Shown: positions 9,148 through 18,949 of the stretch, in pieces
How the letters are laid out: each line of letters starts with the position of its first letter
How positions within the stretch are numbered: the first letter of the stretch is position 1
NCBI GenBank assembly: GCA_963835405.1
Contig: CAWIFV010000009.1
Span: 221,221-285,220 of the forward strand
Direction: 5' to 3'
Length of the DNA stretch: 64,000 nt
Source: an uncultured Actinomycetota bacterium
Lineage (GTDB): Bacteria; Actinomycetota; Actinomycetes; JAFAQI01
Made by a program: the position numbers and the translations under genes
The notes under the pieces: generated by a model
Database searches by the model: none
What the model was told of the DNA's origin: nothing
What the model saw: only the letters and a program-made list of their open reading frames with translations

Positions 9148-10608
9148 GTGGCGATCACGGCGGCGCGAGCCAGTGCCCGACGCCCCGCGCCCCGAGCGGC
9201 GGGGGCACGTGCCGTGGCGCTCGCGGCCGGCGGGCTGATCGGCACCGCCCTCCTCCTGCTGCCGCACAAGGAGCAGGTGACCGACGCCGCCGACGCCCCC
9301 GCCACCGCAGCCATCCGTGCCGTCGCCGTCATCCTTGTCGTCGCCGGGGCGTTCGCCGGTCACCGCATGCTGCGCAGGAACCTGGCGGGCCAGCCGCGTT
9401 ACGCCCTGCGCTTCGCCGGTCTCGCGGGAAGCTATGCCACCGTCGCGTTCATCGCCGCCGGAGCAGCGCACGCGTGGCAGGCCGTCGCCGCAGCGCATGT
9501 CGTCGGGGCGCTGCTGACCGGCATCGTCACGGTCGCCGCCGTGGGCGCCGCAGGTGCCGCAGGCGGTGGGCTGACACGGTCGGCCATCCGGCTCGTCGTC
9601 ACCGGTGGGGCAGGCTTCCTCGCCGTCTGGCTCGTGCCGCCACTCGTGCCCGCGATGTCCGACTACGCGGCGAGCCACGCGTGGCGCTATCCCACGATGA
9701 CCGACGGCAACGCCGGATGGTTCGTGGGTGCCGGCGCGCTCGCCGGCCTCGTCGCCCTCGCCGGGTTCGAGCGGCTCGCCCGCCGGCCGGCCGCTGCATC
9801 CACCGGCACGACCCGTCGCGACGCCCCGATGGTCGGCGCCGCCGAGATCACCGCACCGCTCGGCGACCGGCTGCTCGACGCCCGCGGCATCGAGGTCCGG
9901 TTCGGGAGCGTCCAGGTGCTGTTCGGCGTCGACCTGCACGTCGCGCCCGGCGAGGCGGTGGCCCTGCTCGGGGTCAACGGCGCCGGCAAGAGCACGCTGC
10001 TCCGCGCCGTGACGGGGCTGACGCCACCGTCGGGTGGCCGGGTGTGGTTCGACGGCATCGAGACGACCGGCGCCCGCGGCGAGGTGATGAGCCGACGGGG
10101 CCTGCTGCTCGTCCCCGGCGGGAAGGGCGTGTTCCCGACACTGTCCGTCGACGACAACCTGCGGGTCGCCGGCTACCACCAACCACGGGCACAGTACGCC
10201 GCCAGCGTCGAGCGGGTCCTCGCGGCGTTCCCGCAGCTCGCGCGATACCGCGGAAAGGCGGCCGGGCTGCTGTCGGGCGGTGAGCAGCAGATGCTTGCGC
10301 TGTCCCGCTCCTATCTGGCCGACCCCAAGCTTCTCGCGATCGACGAGCTGACACTCGGCCTCGCTCCGGTCGTGGTCGAGCAGCTCATTGCCTTCGTCCA
10401 GTCGTTGCGAGAAGCCGGCGTGGCGATGTTGATCGTCGAGCAGTCGGTGCAGGTCGCACTGAGGCTGTGCGACCGGGCGTACTTCCTCGAGCGCGGCACG
10501 GTGCGCTTCCAGGGAGCGACGACAGACCTTGCCGGGCGCGACGACTTGTTGCGGTCGGTGTTCCTCGCCGGCGCGCAAGCGTCGGAGCCCACAACGGTGC
10601 CGGCATGA
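9148..10608 (+). CDS. ABC transporter ATP-binding protein (LivF-like) with a roughly 235-aa N-terminal hydrophobic domain
   Basis: The C-terminal half carries Walker A (GVNGAGKST), the signature LSGGEQQ and Walker B (LLAIDE). The N-terminal half is Ala/Gly/Val-rich with several hydrophobic segments. A GGAGGA Shine-Dalgarno sequence precedes GTG 9148. Confidence 0.8.
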   Translation: MAITAARASARRPAPRAAGARAVALAAGGLIGTALLLLPHKEQVTDAADAPATAAIRAVAVILVVAGAFAGHRMLRRNLAGQPRYALRFAGLAGSYATVAFIAAGAAHAWQAVAAAHVVGALLTGIVTVAAVGAAGAAGGGLTRSAIRLVVTGGAGFLAVWLVPPLVPAMSDYAASHAWRYPTMTDGNAGWFVGAGALAGLVALAGFERLARRPAAASTGTTRRDAPMVGAAEITAPLGDRLLDARGIEVRFGSVQVLFGVDLHVAPGEAVALLGVNGAGKSTLLRAVTGLTPPSGGRVWFDGIETTGARGEVMSRRGLLLVPGGKGVFPTLSVDDNLRVAGYHQPRAQYAASVERVLAAFPQLARYRGKAAGLLSGGEQQMLALSRSYLADPKLLAIDELTLGLAPVVVEQLIAFVQSLREAGVAMLIVEQSVQVALRLCDRAYFLERGTVRFQGATTDLAGRDDLLRSVFLAGAQASEPTTVPA

Positions 10609-12590
10609 TGCAGCTCGAGTCCGCGCTCGTCATCGGCGTCATTCTCGGCGGCCTCTACGGCATCCTCGCCGTAGGCTTCGTGCTCGTCTACCGCGCAACC
10701 CGTGTGCTCAACCTTGCCCATGGTGAGATCGGCACCAGCGCGACGCTCTTCTTCGTCTACGTCGTCGTCGAGCACCACTGGTCCTACTGGCTCGCCTTGG
10801 GCGGCGCCCTCCTCGTGGGCGCCGCCGTCGCGCTGCTCATCGAGAGCACCGTCATCAACAGGCTGCGAAACGCACCCGCACTGGTCGCCATGGTGGTCAC
10901 GCTCGGCATCGCCCAAGTGCTCGTCGCCACGAACGGCCTCATCATCTCCCCCGCCGAGCAGGCGAAGCTGAGCCTGACGAGCGCGTTCCCACAACCGTTT
11001 CAGGCACGCCTCACCGTCGGACACGTCACGCTCAGCGGTGGGACGCTCTGCGCGCTGTTCGTGATCCCAGCCGTCGTCCTCGGGCTGACCGGCTTCCTGC
11101 GCTACGCCCGGTTCGGCATCGCGATGCGCGCTTCGGCGGACAATCCTGACAACGCGCGGCTGCTCGGCATCTCCCCTCGGCTCGTCTCCATCACGGCGTG
11201 GGCGATGTCGGGTGCGCTCGCGGCGCTTGCCGGCATCCTCATCAGCTCGACCAGAGGTGCGGGCGCGTCGCTGACGTTCGGGATGCCGCTGTTGTTGCGG
11301 GCGCTCGCCCCCGCCGTCGTCGGTGGCCTGACGAGCATGCCGGTGGCCGCCGCATCCGGGCTCGGGGTCGGGATCATCGAGTCGCTGGTGCTGAGCTACA
11401 CGCACAGCCAGAACTACGCCGACCTCGCATTGTTCCTCATCGTTCTCGTCGCGCTGCTGGTCCGTCGACGCGGCAGCGCACGGTCGCGGGACGCCGACAA
11501 CATGGCCTTCTCGACGACCGCGCGGCTACAGGTCCCCGCCGTACTGCGCGGCAACCCTGCACTCGGGCGGCTGCGTAGAGGTACGGGCACCGCCGCAGCG
11601 GTCTTTGCCGTCCTGCTCGCCTACGTCGTGCCGTCGCACGACGCGTTCATCCTTTCGATCGGCGCGGCGACGGCGCTCGCGGCGCTGTCCGTCGGCCTCA
11701 TCGCCGGACTTCTCGGTCAGGTGTCGTTGGGGCAGTGGGCAGTCGCCGGTGTCGGCGCATTCGCAGCGGCGGTCGCCGCGGAGCGCTGGTCGTGGAACGT
11801 CCTCGTCGCACTGATCTTCGCGATGCTCGCGGGGTCGGTCGCGTCGCTCGTGGTCGGCCTGCCGGCTCTGCGGTTGCACGGGCTGTTCCTGTCGGTGACA
11901 ACCCTTGCATTCGCCGTGGCTGCAGCGGGATGGCTGTTCACGACGTCGTTCGCGACGTCGCTGCACGACACCCCGATGAAGCGCCCCCGGCTGTTCGGGG
12001 TGTCATTCCTGCCGGACAACACGATGTACCTGCTCGCGCTCGGTTGCCTGGCCTTCGGTCTGCTCATCGCGCACCTGACGCGCACCAGTCGCACCGGCCG
12101 CAACATGGTTGCGATCAGAGAGAACGAGCGGGCTGCGGCCGCGATGGGCGTCAATGTCGTCGCGACCAAGCTCACCGGCTTCTGCCTGTCCGGTGCGATC
12201 GCCGGTCTGGCCGGCGGCCTGCTGGCCTACACCCAGCAGGGCGTCTCCTACACGAACTTCCCTGCCGAGTCGTCGTTCCTCGTGGTCGCGGTCGCTGTCG
12301 TCGGCGGGATGGGCACGCTGCTGGGCCCCGTCCTCGGCGCTCTCGCCCTGGTGGTGCTGCCAGCACTGTTCCCCGACCAGAACGCGCTCGCGCTGCTCGC
12401 CTCAGGAGCCGGTGTGGTGCTCATCGTGCATCGGTTGCCCGGTGGACTCGTGAGCGTGCTCACGCAGTTGCGCGACCTGCTGCTGCTCCCGGACGAGGCG
12501 GAGCAGGAGCAGGAGCAGGGTGCAGTGACCGCCTCGGCGTCCCCCCAACCCGCTCGTGCGCCGGTCGAGTCGCTGGTGGCGACGCAGTGA
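10605..12590 (+). CDS. fused branched-chain amino-acid ABC permease (LivH-like plus LivM-like halves)
   Basis: The 661-aa polytopic protein has a first half with LivH-like sequence (NLAHGE, RFGIAMRASADNPDNARLLGI) and a second half that is LivM-like (GQVSLGQWA, GRNMVAIRENERAAAAMGVN). The ATGA start overlaps the upstream stop. Confidence 0.85.
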   Translation: MMQLESALVIGVILGGLYGILAVGFVLVYRATRVLNLAHGEIGTSATLFFVYVVVEHHWSYWLALGGALLVGAAVALLIESTVINRLRNAPALVAMVVTLGIAQVLVATNGLIISPAEQAKLSLTSAFPQPFQARLTVGHVTLSGGTLCALFVIPAVVLGLTGFLRYARFGIAMRASADNPDNARLLGISPRLVSITAWAMSGALAALAGILISSTRGAGASLTFGMPLLLRALAPAVVGGLTSMPVAAASGLGVGIIESLVLSYTHSQNYADLALFLIVLVALLVRRRGSARSRDADNMAFSTTARLQVPAVLRGNPALGRLRRGTGTAAAVFAVLLAYVVPSHDAFILSIGAATALAALSVGLIAGLLGQVSLGQWAVAGVGAFAAAVAAERWSWNVLVALIFAMLAGSVASLVVGLPALRLHGLFLSVTTLAFAVAAAGWLFTTSFATSLHDTPMKRPRLFGVSFLPDNTMYLLALGCLAFGLLIAHLTRTSRTGRNMVAIRENERAAAAMGVNVVATKLTGFCLSGAIAGLAGGLLAYTQQGVSYTNFPAESSFLVVAVAVVGGMGTLLGPVLGALALVVLPALFPDQNALALLASGAGVVLIVHRLPGGLVSVLTQLRDLLLLPDEAEQEQEQGAVTASASPQPARAPVESLVATQ

Positions 12591-13378
12591 ACGCACCCGT
12601 TCTCGTCGCGGAAGGGATCCGCGTTGCCTTCGGCGGAATCGCCGCCGTCGACGACATGACCGTCGAGGTCCACCCGCGCGAGGTCGTCGGCCTGATCGGC
12701 CCTAACGGAGCGGGGAAGACCACGCTGTTCGAGGCGATCTCCGGGTTCATCACCCCGTCCGCCGGTTCAGTGCGACTGAACGACGCTGACATCACGGCAC
12801 TCCCGGTCCACCGGCGAGTGCAGCTCGGACTGTCGCGCGGCTTCCAGGATGCACGGATGTTCCCGTCACTCACGGTGCTCGACACGTTGATGGTCGCCCA
12901 GGAGCGGCACGCGCGTCGCACCTCGGACCTTTCGGGCGAGCTGCTGCGACTGCCGTCAGCGCGCGCCACCGAGCGGCGGTCGCGCACCGTTGCCGAGGCG
13001 ATGGTCGAGCGGATGGGGCTGGAACGCTACCGGCAGACCTACATCGGGGAGCTGTCAACCGGCACCCGACGCGTGGTCGAGCTCGCCGCTGTCCTGTCTC
13101 AGGAACCGTCGGTGCTGCTGCTCGACGAGCCCACGGCCGGCATCACGGCGAGCGAAACCGAGGCGTTCGCCGAAGTGCTGCGTCGCGAGATCGCGGGCAC
13201 CGGAATGTCACTGCTGCTCATCGAGCACGACATTCCGACCGTGACCAAGCTGTGCGACCGGATCTACGTCATGGAAGCGGGCCGGCCATTGACTTCCGGC
13301 ACGCCGGCGCAAGTCGCAGCCGACGACCGCGTGCTGCATGCCTACTTCGGAACGGCGACCGTGGGGGCGTCCGCGTGA
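12587..13378 (+). CDS. ABC transporter ATP-binding protein (LivG-like)
   Basis: It carries Walker A (GPNGAGKTT), LSTGTRR and Walker B (LLLDEP). The GTGA start overlaps the permease stop. Confidence 0.85.
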   Translation: MNAPVLVAEGIRVAFGGIAAVDDMTVEVHPREVVGLIGPNGAGKTTLFEAISGFITPSAGSVRLNDADITALPVHRRVQLGLSRGFQDARMFPSLTVLDTLMVAQERHARRTSDLSGELLRLPSARATERRSRTVAEAMVERMGLERYRQTYIGELSTGTRRVVELAAVLSQEPSVLLLDEPTAGITASETEAFAEVLRREIAGTGMSLLLIEHDIPTVTKLCDRIYVMEAGRPLTSGTPAQVAADDRVLHAYFGTATVGASA

Positions 13379-14340
13379 CCCGGCGGACGGCCAAGGCGGC
13401 GATGTTCACGGTGGCGGTGACGGCCGGGCTGACCGTCGCCGCGGGGTTGCCGGCCGCCGCCCGCCCGGTGGACCAGCCCCAGCCGACACCCGTGACTGTC
13501 GACCGGCTCGGCACCGCGCCGTTACCGCCCGCGGGCGGTGCACCCGCACTGCCACAGACCGACACGGCCCCAGACAGCCACGTCTATGTCGACGCGCACG
13601 CCGGGACCCCCCGCGCGCTGGCGATGGTGCATCTCGACTTCACCTCGTTGCCGCCGGACGCGACGGTGACGTCGCTGGTCTTACGGATGAACGACGATCC
13701 CGGCCAACCGCCGGACCTGGAGAACATCAACGTCAGCAGCGCGGAAATCGTCGCGTGCCCGCTGACCGAGGAGTTCAACGACGGCACCGCCGCGGCGTAC
13801 GACTGCGACTTGGGTGGCAAGCCGGCCGCCGGCCGGCGCACCGCGGCCGGGCAGTGGCTGTTCCGGTTGGACCCGCTGCTGCCCGTGCTGCTGAAGTCGG
13901 GCTACGGCGTCGCCCTCGTACCTCGGGCGGCACCCGGCGCCACCTTCTCGGTGGCACTGCTGCGCGTCTCGGCGTTCGCCACCGCCGACGTCATCTCGAC
14001 AGCACCACGAGTGGCGCCCACGACACCGGCGACGCCGGCTCCTGTCTCGACGGTGGCCGCCGTGCCACCGGCCGCGCCGCCGATCGCGCCGCCACCGGCG
14101 GATCTTCCGGGTCGCGAGACCACGCCCGCACCCACGGCGCAGCCCGCGCCCACGGTTGCCACACCCGCAGCGCCGGTCGCGCTGGCGGCCTCGACGGACG
14201 GCCCGGCCCGACTTCCGCGCTGGACGCTCGTCGTCCTGCCGGTGGTCATCGGGGCGCTGGCCGCAGCCGCAGATCGACGAACGCTCGCGCGAGTGCTCCA
14301 CCGCCTCGCGGTTGCGGCAGAGAAGGGGACGACCGCCTGA
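13375..14340 (+). CDS. secreted, C-terminally anchored Pro/Ala-rich protein of unknown function
   Basis: It has a signal-like N-terminus (KAAMFTVAVTAGLTVAAGLPAAARP), a roughly 200-aa middle region, a Pro/Ala/Thr-rich linker and a C-terminal hydrophobic helix (WTLVVLPVVIGALAAAA). The GTGA and ATGA overlaps couple it to both neighbouring genes. Confidence 0.55.
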   Translation: MTRRTAKAAMFTVAVTAGLTVAAGLPAAARPVDQPQPTPVTVDRLGTAPLPPAGGAPALPQTDTAPDSHVYVDAHAGTPRALAMVHLDFTSLPPDATVTSLVLRMNDDPGQPPDLENINVSSAEIVACPLTEEFNDGTAAAYDCDLGGKPAAGRRTAAGQWLFRLDPLLPVLLKSGYGVALVPRAAPGATFSVALLRVSAFATADVISTAPRVAPTTPATPAPVSTVAAVPPAAPPIAPPPADLPGRETTPAPTAQPAPTVATPAAPVALAASTDGPARLPRWTLVVLPVVIGALAAAADRRTLARVLHRLAVAAEKGTTA

Positions 14341-15848
14341 TGGTCACAGAACCGCGGATTCTCAACCGCACCTACCGCTACGGCGTGGCGGCGGCGCTCG
14401 CAGCGGCGCTCGTCGTCGTAGCCATCACAACGGCGGGGCCGGGCAACTCGGCATCCGTCGCAGATGCATCGTCGGTGACAACGTCGAACAGCGGCCAGCC
14501 CGCAGGCGCCGCACCGGGGGCGGCCCTTGCACCGACCGGTGCCCCCTCGCCGGGACGGAACGCCGGGACAAACACCGAACAGGGGCCGGCCGGCACCACC
14601 GGACCCGCGGGCACAGACCCCCGCACAGGCACCAGCGCCACGACACACGACGGACCGCAACACCAGGATCTCCCGCCGCAGTCGCAGGTTGCGGGCGGCG
14701 ACCAGGGAGTGAGCTCGACAGAGATCGACCTCGGTGCCGTCTACGTGCCGGACAACTTCTACTCGCAGTACGGCGGCAACCCGCCGCACGAGCAGGACGC
14801 GATCCAGGCCTATGCGCAGATGGTCAACGACGAGGGCGGGATCAACGGGCGGCGGCTGAAGATCATCGCGCTTCCGGACAACGCGATGACCGACACGACG
14901 GGCGGGCAGGCGCCCTGCCGCCAGTTGATCAACGACGACCGCGTCTTCATGTTGCTGGACTCCACACTGCTCGGGTCACCGGAGTGCGCCGTCGCCGCGC
15001 ACCGACCCATCGTCGACCTGGGCAACGGAATCCCCTACGCGGTGAGTCAGGCGCAGCTCGACGCCGCGGCGCCGTACTGGTGGATCACCGGCGAGACCAT
15101 GGACACCCAGGTCCTGCAATGGGCACAGTTTCTCGCGCACTACCAGAAGGCGCAGGACGAACGCATCGGGCTGCTCTACTACAGCAACGTCCCGCAGATG
15201 GTGCAGGCCAAGAACGTCTTCGTGCAGCGCGCCCGCCAGTACGGGTTGAACGTGGCGTCGACATTCGGCTTCACGACGGATGTGTCCCAGGCAGGGCTGG
15301 ACTGCCAGCAGGTCGTGGCCGACTGGCAACAGAAGAGGATCACGGAAACGGCGTTCCTCGCCGGACCGGCGGCGGCCGGCATCTTCTCGCAGTGCATCTC
15401 GAGCTCGCTGCCGGCGGAGAAATACACCTTCTCCGCGATCGGCGGCATCGTCTGGACCAACTTTGCGAGCCTCTACTCCCCAAGCTTCAACGGCGCTCAG
15501 GGTGTCAGTGAGGAACAGTTGCCGTCGTCGACGGACGCCCCACAACGGAAGTGCCGTGCGGCGCTCGCGAAGTACTACCCCAAGAACGACTACAACCAGA
15601 ACTCGGCGCAATGGTGCGAGATCATCACGGTGACGGCGACGGCGCTGCGCGCAATCCCCCCGACGACGCCCGTGACGCCGGCCAGCTTCGCGTCGGCGAT
15701 GGCGTCGATCCGCGGGCTCGACGTGAACGACACCGCGCCGGTCACGTTCGGAGTGCGCGACTTCGTCGGAAGCGACTCGGCGGTCGGTCTGGAGTACGTC
15801 GGCAACAACCGGTATCGGCAGCTCACCCCGTTCCGGCGGGCGTTCTGA
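14340..15848 (+). CDS. ABC transporter substrate-binding protein (LivJ / type-I periplasmic binding fold), N-terminally anchored
   Basis: It has an N-terminal hydrophobic anchor, a low-complexity linker and then a binding-protein-like body (INGRRLKIIALPDNAMTD..., IGLLYYSNVPQMVQAKNVF). It is the last gene of the ABC operon. Confidence 0.75.
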   Translation: MVTEPRILNRTYRYGVAAALAAALVVVAITTAGPGNSASVADASSVTTSNSGQPAGAAPGAALAPTGAPSPGRNAGTNTEQGPAGTTGPAGTDPRTGTSATTHDGPQHQDLPPQSQVAGGDQGVSSTEIDLGAVYVPDNFYSQYGGNPPHEQDAIQAYAQMVNDEGGINGRRLKIIALPDNAMTDTTGGQAPCRQLINDDRVFMLLDSTLLGSPECAVAAHRPIVDLGNGIPYAVSQAQLDAAAPYWWITGETMDTQVLQWAQFLAHYQKAQDERIGLLYYSNVPQMVQAKNVFVQRARQYGLNVASTFGFTTDVSQAGLDCQQVVADWQQKRITETAFLAGPAAAGIFSQCISSSLPAEKYTFSAIGGIVWTNFASLYSPSFNGAQGVSEEQLPSSTDAPQRKCRAALAKYYPKNDYNQNSAQWCEIITVTATALRAIPPTTPVTPASFASAMASIRGLDVNDTAPVTFGVRDFVGSDSAVGLEYVGNNRYRQLTPFRRAF

Positions 15849-15855
15849 CCAACCG

Positions 15856-16251
15856 CTACTGCACGGCCTTGTCGGCGATTGCCTGGTCGGAGGTGTAGTG
15901 CCCGCCGGCAACACCGATCCCGCCGACCGGCCCGCCAGGGCCCATGATCGGCGCACCGCCGCCGAGCGCGAGCACATCCGGACTGCCGGTGAACGCGCCG
16001 AGCAGCAGTGGGTCGGCGCCGGCCATGTCCGCGACCGCGCCGGTCGGCAACGCCATGGCCGACGCCAAGGTGGCCTTGCGTCGCGCGACATCGGTCATCA
16101 CGAAGCTCATTCCGTCCATTCGCGCCGACGTGACGATGTGCCCGCCGCGGTCGACGACCACGACAGCGACAACGGCACCCTGCGCCGCGGCGAGCTCCAC
16201 GGCGCTGTCGAGCACGCGCCGGGCCGTGGCCAAGTCAATCTGGTCGTTCAT
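15856..16251 (-). CDS. GlcG/HbpS-like (DUF336) heme-binding protein
   Basis: The 131-aa ORF contains VVAVVVVDRGGHIVTSARMDG and GGIGVAGG motifs. A GAGAGG Shine-Dalgarno sequence precedes the start. Confidence 0.75.
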   Translation of the reverse strand: MNDQIDLATARRVLDSAVELAAAQGAVVAVVVVDRGGHIVTSARMDGMSFVMTDVARRKATLASAMALPTGAVADMAGADPLLLGAFTGSPDVLALGGGAPIMGPGGPVGGIGVAGGHYTSDQAIADKAVQ

Positions 16252-16277
16252 CGCTACCTCTCGACGTACCGCTGACC

Positions 16278-17276
16278 TCAGTTGATGAGCCCGTCGCCCG
16301 GATGGGCACGCGGGAGCTTCCGCGCATACCGGAGGAACTTCGCCAGGCCCCGGTCCGCGTCGATAAGAACGTCCTCGCGGAACCGGATGGTGTTCATGAT
16401 CGGGGCATCCTCGGCCTGCAGTTGTGCGCCGAGCGCCTGGCCGAGCGCAAGCACCTGGGCGACGCGCTGGTCGTCGTCCTCAGTGCCGTCGCTACGTCGC
16501 GTCGCGGCGACGGTGTAGCCGCGGGTGTGGCCGTTCACCGGGACGCCGGCGAACATCGTGAGCATCTCGACCTCGGCGCCCTGCGTCAGGGTGAGCGTGA
16601 TGCAGTTGTTGCCGAAGACCTTGACGTGCTGACGCATGTCGCCGAAGTTCGGAATGTAGCCCTCGGCGACGAACTCGAAGACTGACCCCTCCATGACGAT
16701 GTCGTCCGGCTCGACCTGCAGCGTCATGCCGTGCAGCTCGACGAGGTGCTGGAAGTCCATCGAGTTGGTGAGCAGCACGAAAGGGTCGACTTTGAAGGCT
16801 TCGCTTTCGACGGCCAGGAACTGCAGGTCCGCCGGGTCGTGCGTCGGAAAGGCGGGCAGCGGGTAGGTCGGCTTGTCGCCATTGAACGCCCAGACGAGGC
16901 CCCACGCCTCCGCAACCGGGTAGGTGAAGAGCCTTGCGTGCGCAGGGACCTTGTCAGGTGAGGCAGGGATCTTCGTGCATCGACCGTCCGGCCCGTACTG
17001 CCAGTGATGGAAGGCGCAGCGAATGTCGTCGCCTTGGACGTCGCCGTTGGCAAGGTCCGCGCCCAGGTGCCGGCAGTAGGCGCTGTGCACGTGCGGTCGA
17101 CCGTCGCGATCGCGGTAGACCACGACCCGACCGTCGAGGAACTCCGCGCCAACGACCTTTCCCGGTGGGACCTGATCAGCGAGCAGCACCGGATACCAGC
17201 ACTGCGTGAAGCCGCCGTCGCCCTCGCGCGGGAGGCCGCGGCGGGTCGATTTGAGGGGTGCAACCGTCTCGGTCAC
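16278..17276 (-). CDS. Rieske non-heme iron oxygenase, single-component alpha type (KshA/phthalate-family like)
   Basis: It carries the Rieske motif CRHLGADL...CAFHHWQY. GTG 17276 is preceded by an AGGAGAAG Shine-Dalgarno sequence; the ORF is open to 17315. Confidence 0.8.
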   Translation of the reverse strand: MTETVAPLKSTRRGLPREGDGGFTQCWYPVLLADQVPPGKVVGAEFLDGRVVVYRDRDGRPHVHSAYCRHLGADLANGDVQGDDIRCAFHHWQYGPDGRCTKIPASPDKVPAHARLFTYPVAEAWGLVWAFNGDKPTYPLPAFPTHDPADLQFLAVESEAFKVDPFVLLTNSMDFQHLVELHGMTLQVEPDDIVMEGSVFEFVAEGYIPNFGDMRQHVKVFGNNCITLTLTQGAEVEMLTMFAGVPVNGHTRGYTVAATRRSDGTEDDDQRVAQVLALGQALGAQLQAEDAPIMNTIRFREDVLIDADRGLAKFLRYARKLPRAHPGDGLIN

Positions 17277-17411
17277 GGCTTCTCCTGTTTCGGACGAAAT
17301 TGTCCGACAAGACAACCAACTTTCCTGCGTCCCGTCAATGGACGTGGGGTGGACGCCGCGTGATCCGAGCCACCCGACCCCGCGCTGGCCCTATGCGCAG
17401 GCGAACCGGGC

Positions 17412-18677
17412 CTAGTGCGGGTAGGCGCCAGCGACCGGCGCGGCGGGAAGCGAACGCCGGCGCACCGGCTCGGTGCACCCCGGCGTCCTGGTCCAGTAGT
17501 CGAGGCGTTGCGTGCTGGTGCTCGGCCGATCCAGGAGGTAGCCCTGTGCCGCGTCGACCCCGAGGTCCACGAGCGCGGAGAGGTCGTCCGTGGTCTCGAC
17601 GCCCTCGGCGATCACGGTCGCGCCGAGGTCGAGCGCCAGCAGGACGAAGCTGCTGACCGCTATGCGTCGAGCATGATCGTGGGCGAGGCCGCTGACGAGC
17701 GAGCGGTCGATCTTGATGAAGTCGGGCTGCAGCTCGATGACGTGCCGGAGCGAGGCATAGCCGGCGCCGGCGTCGTCGATCGCGATGCGCAGCCCCCGCC
17801 GGCGCGGCTCGGCCAGTTCGCGCCGCAGTTCGGCGTACCCCGACACCGCCGCGTGCTCGGTGATCTCCACGACCAGCCGATCCATAGGCACGCGGGCGGA
17901 CCCGGCGCCGTCGGCGTCGCCGACGACGGCCAGGGCCGCACTCGGGCTGACGTTGACGCTCAGGAACTGCTGCCGCGCCAACCGCGGGAGGACACCGAGC
18001 GCCTTGCGAATCACTGCACGCTCGAGGCCTACCCCGGTGCCGGCCGCGTGGGCAGCGGCGAAGACGGCGTCGGGTGGCTCGTCCGCGGGGAATCGCGCCA
18101 GCGCCTCCACGCCGAGCACTGCCCCGTCGCGGAGATCGACGACCGGCTGACACGCGATCTGCACCCCACCCGCCGCGATGACCCGCGAGACCGACCCGCG
18201 ATGGTCCGCGACGTCCCGCTCCTCGCCGAGGTCATCGGCGATGACGTCGGCAAGTGCCGACAGCACCCGCACCGAGTCGCCGTCCAACGCCGGCCTGGGG
18301 GTGTGGTTCAGCGCGAACAGAGTCCCGTACGGCGGCCGGCCGGCGAGCCGGATCGGCGTGCCCACATAGGCGCCGATCTCGACGCGACTGGTGACCGCCA
18401 GCCCACGCACGCGCGGCTCCGCCGTGGTGTCGGGGATCACGGTCGGGATGGTTCCCTCGACCATCCGCTGGCAGTAGGTCTCGATGAGCCGCGGCCCGGT
18501 CCCGATCAGCAGACCGAACGACGCGGCGTCACCCGCCACGGCGCGGGTGACCTGACGCCCGCCGACGAACTCCGACAGGCAAACCGCATCCATGTCCAGG
18601 TGCCGCCGCGCCGACTCGACAACCCGGGTGAGGCGGGCGGCGCCGGCAAGGGCTGGCTCGACCGCGGCGAGGCGCAT
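17412..18677 (-). CDS. GAF-EAL domain protein (putative c-di-GMP phosphodiesterase)
   Basis: The C-terminal EAL domain is recognisable (VEITEHAAV, IAIDDAGAGYASL, DFIKIDRSLV, VIAEGVET, AQGYLLDRP). The N-terminal region is GAF-like. ATG 18677 has a GGGAGG Shine-Dalgarno sequence. Confidence 0.8.
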   Translation of the reverse strand: MRLAAVEPALAGAARLTRVVESARRHLDMDAVCLSEFVGGRQVTRAVAGDAASFGLLIGTGPRLIETYCQRMVEGTIPTVIPDTTAEPRVRGLAVTSRVEIGAYVGTPIRLAGRPPYGTLFALNHTPRPALDGDSVRVLSALADVIADDLGEERDVADHRGSVSRVIAAGGVQIACQPVVDLRDGAVLGVEALARFPADEPPDAVFAAAHAAGTGVGLERAVIRKALGVLPRLARQQFLSVNVSPSAALAVVGDADGAGSARVPMDRLVVEITEHAAVSGYAELRRELAEPRRRGLRIAIDDAGAGYASLRHVIELQPDFIKIDRSLVSGLAHDHARRIAVSSFVLLALDLGATVIAEGVETTDDLSALVDLGVDAAQGYLLDRPSTSTQRLDYWTRTPGCTEPVRRRSLPAAPVAGAYPH

Positions 18678-18949
18678 CGGAGCCTCCCTCACTGTCATCA
18701 CACCCGCGGACCCGACAGCGTGACGGCAGCGGCCCCGGCTGGCTCAGTTGCTGAGTCCGTAGCACGCTTCTGGCTACCTGGAACGTCCTAGTAGCACCAT
18801 CGCACTAGGTAGCGCGACGGTGCCATAGCCCAAACGGGTGATGACATACCGTGCTTCTCGGTCGACACCGGCAAATTCTCGACCTCAGTGTGGGTCTGGC
18901 TCTCACCCGGCGCGCCGCGCCCCCCGGCCGCGCCTGACATCCTCGCGAC

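Noticed and set aside
12501-12518. A tandem GAGCAG x3 repeat.
   Set aside because: It lies in frame inside the permease C-terminal tail and encodes EQEQEQ. It is too short and isolated to be a CRISPR array or a structural repeat.
18787-18809. An inverted repeat, CCTAGT-N11-ACTAGG, in the divergent region between the GAF-EAL gene and the FAD oxidoreductase gene.
   Set aside because: The arms are only 6 bp with no extension, and I saw no second copy. It is not distinguishable from chance.
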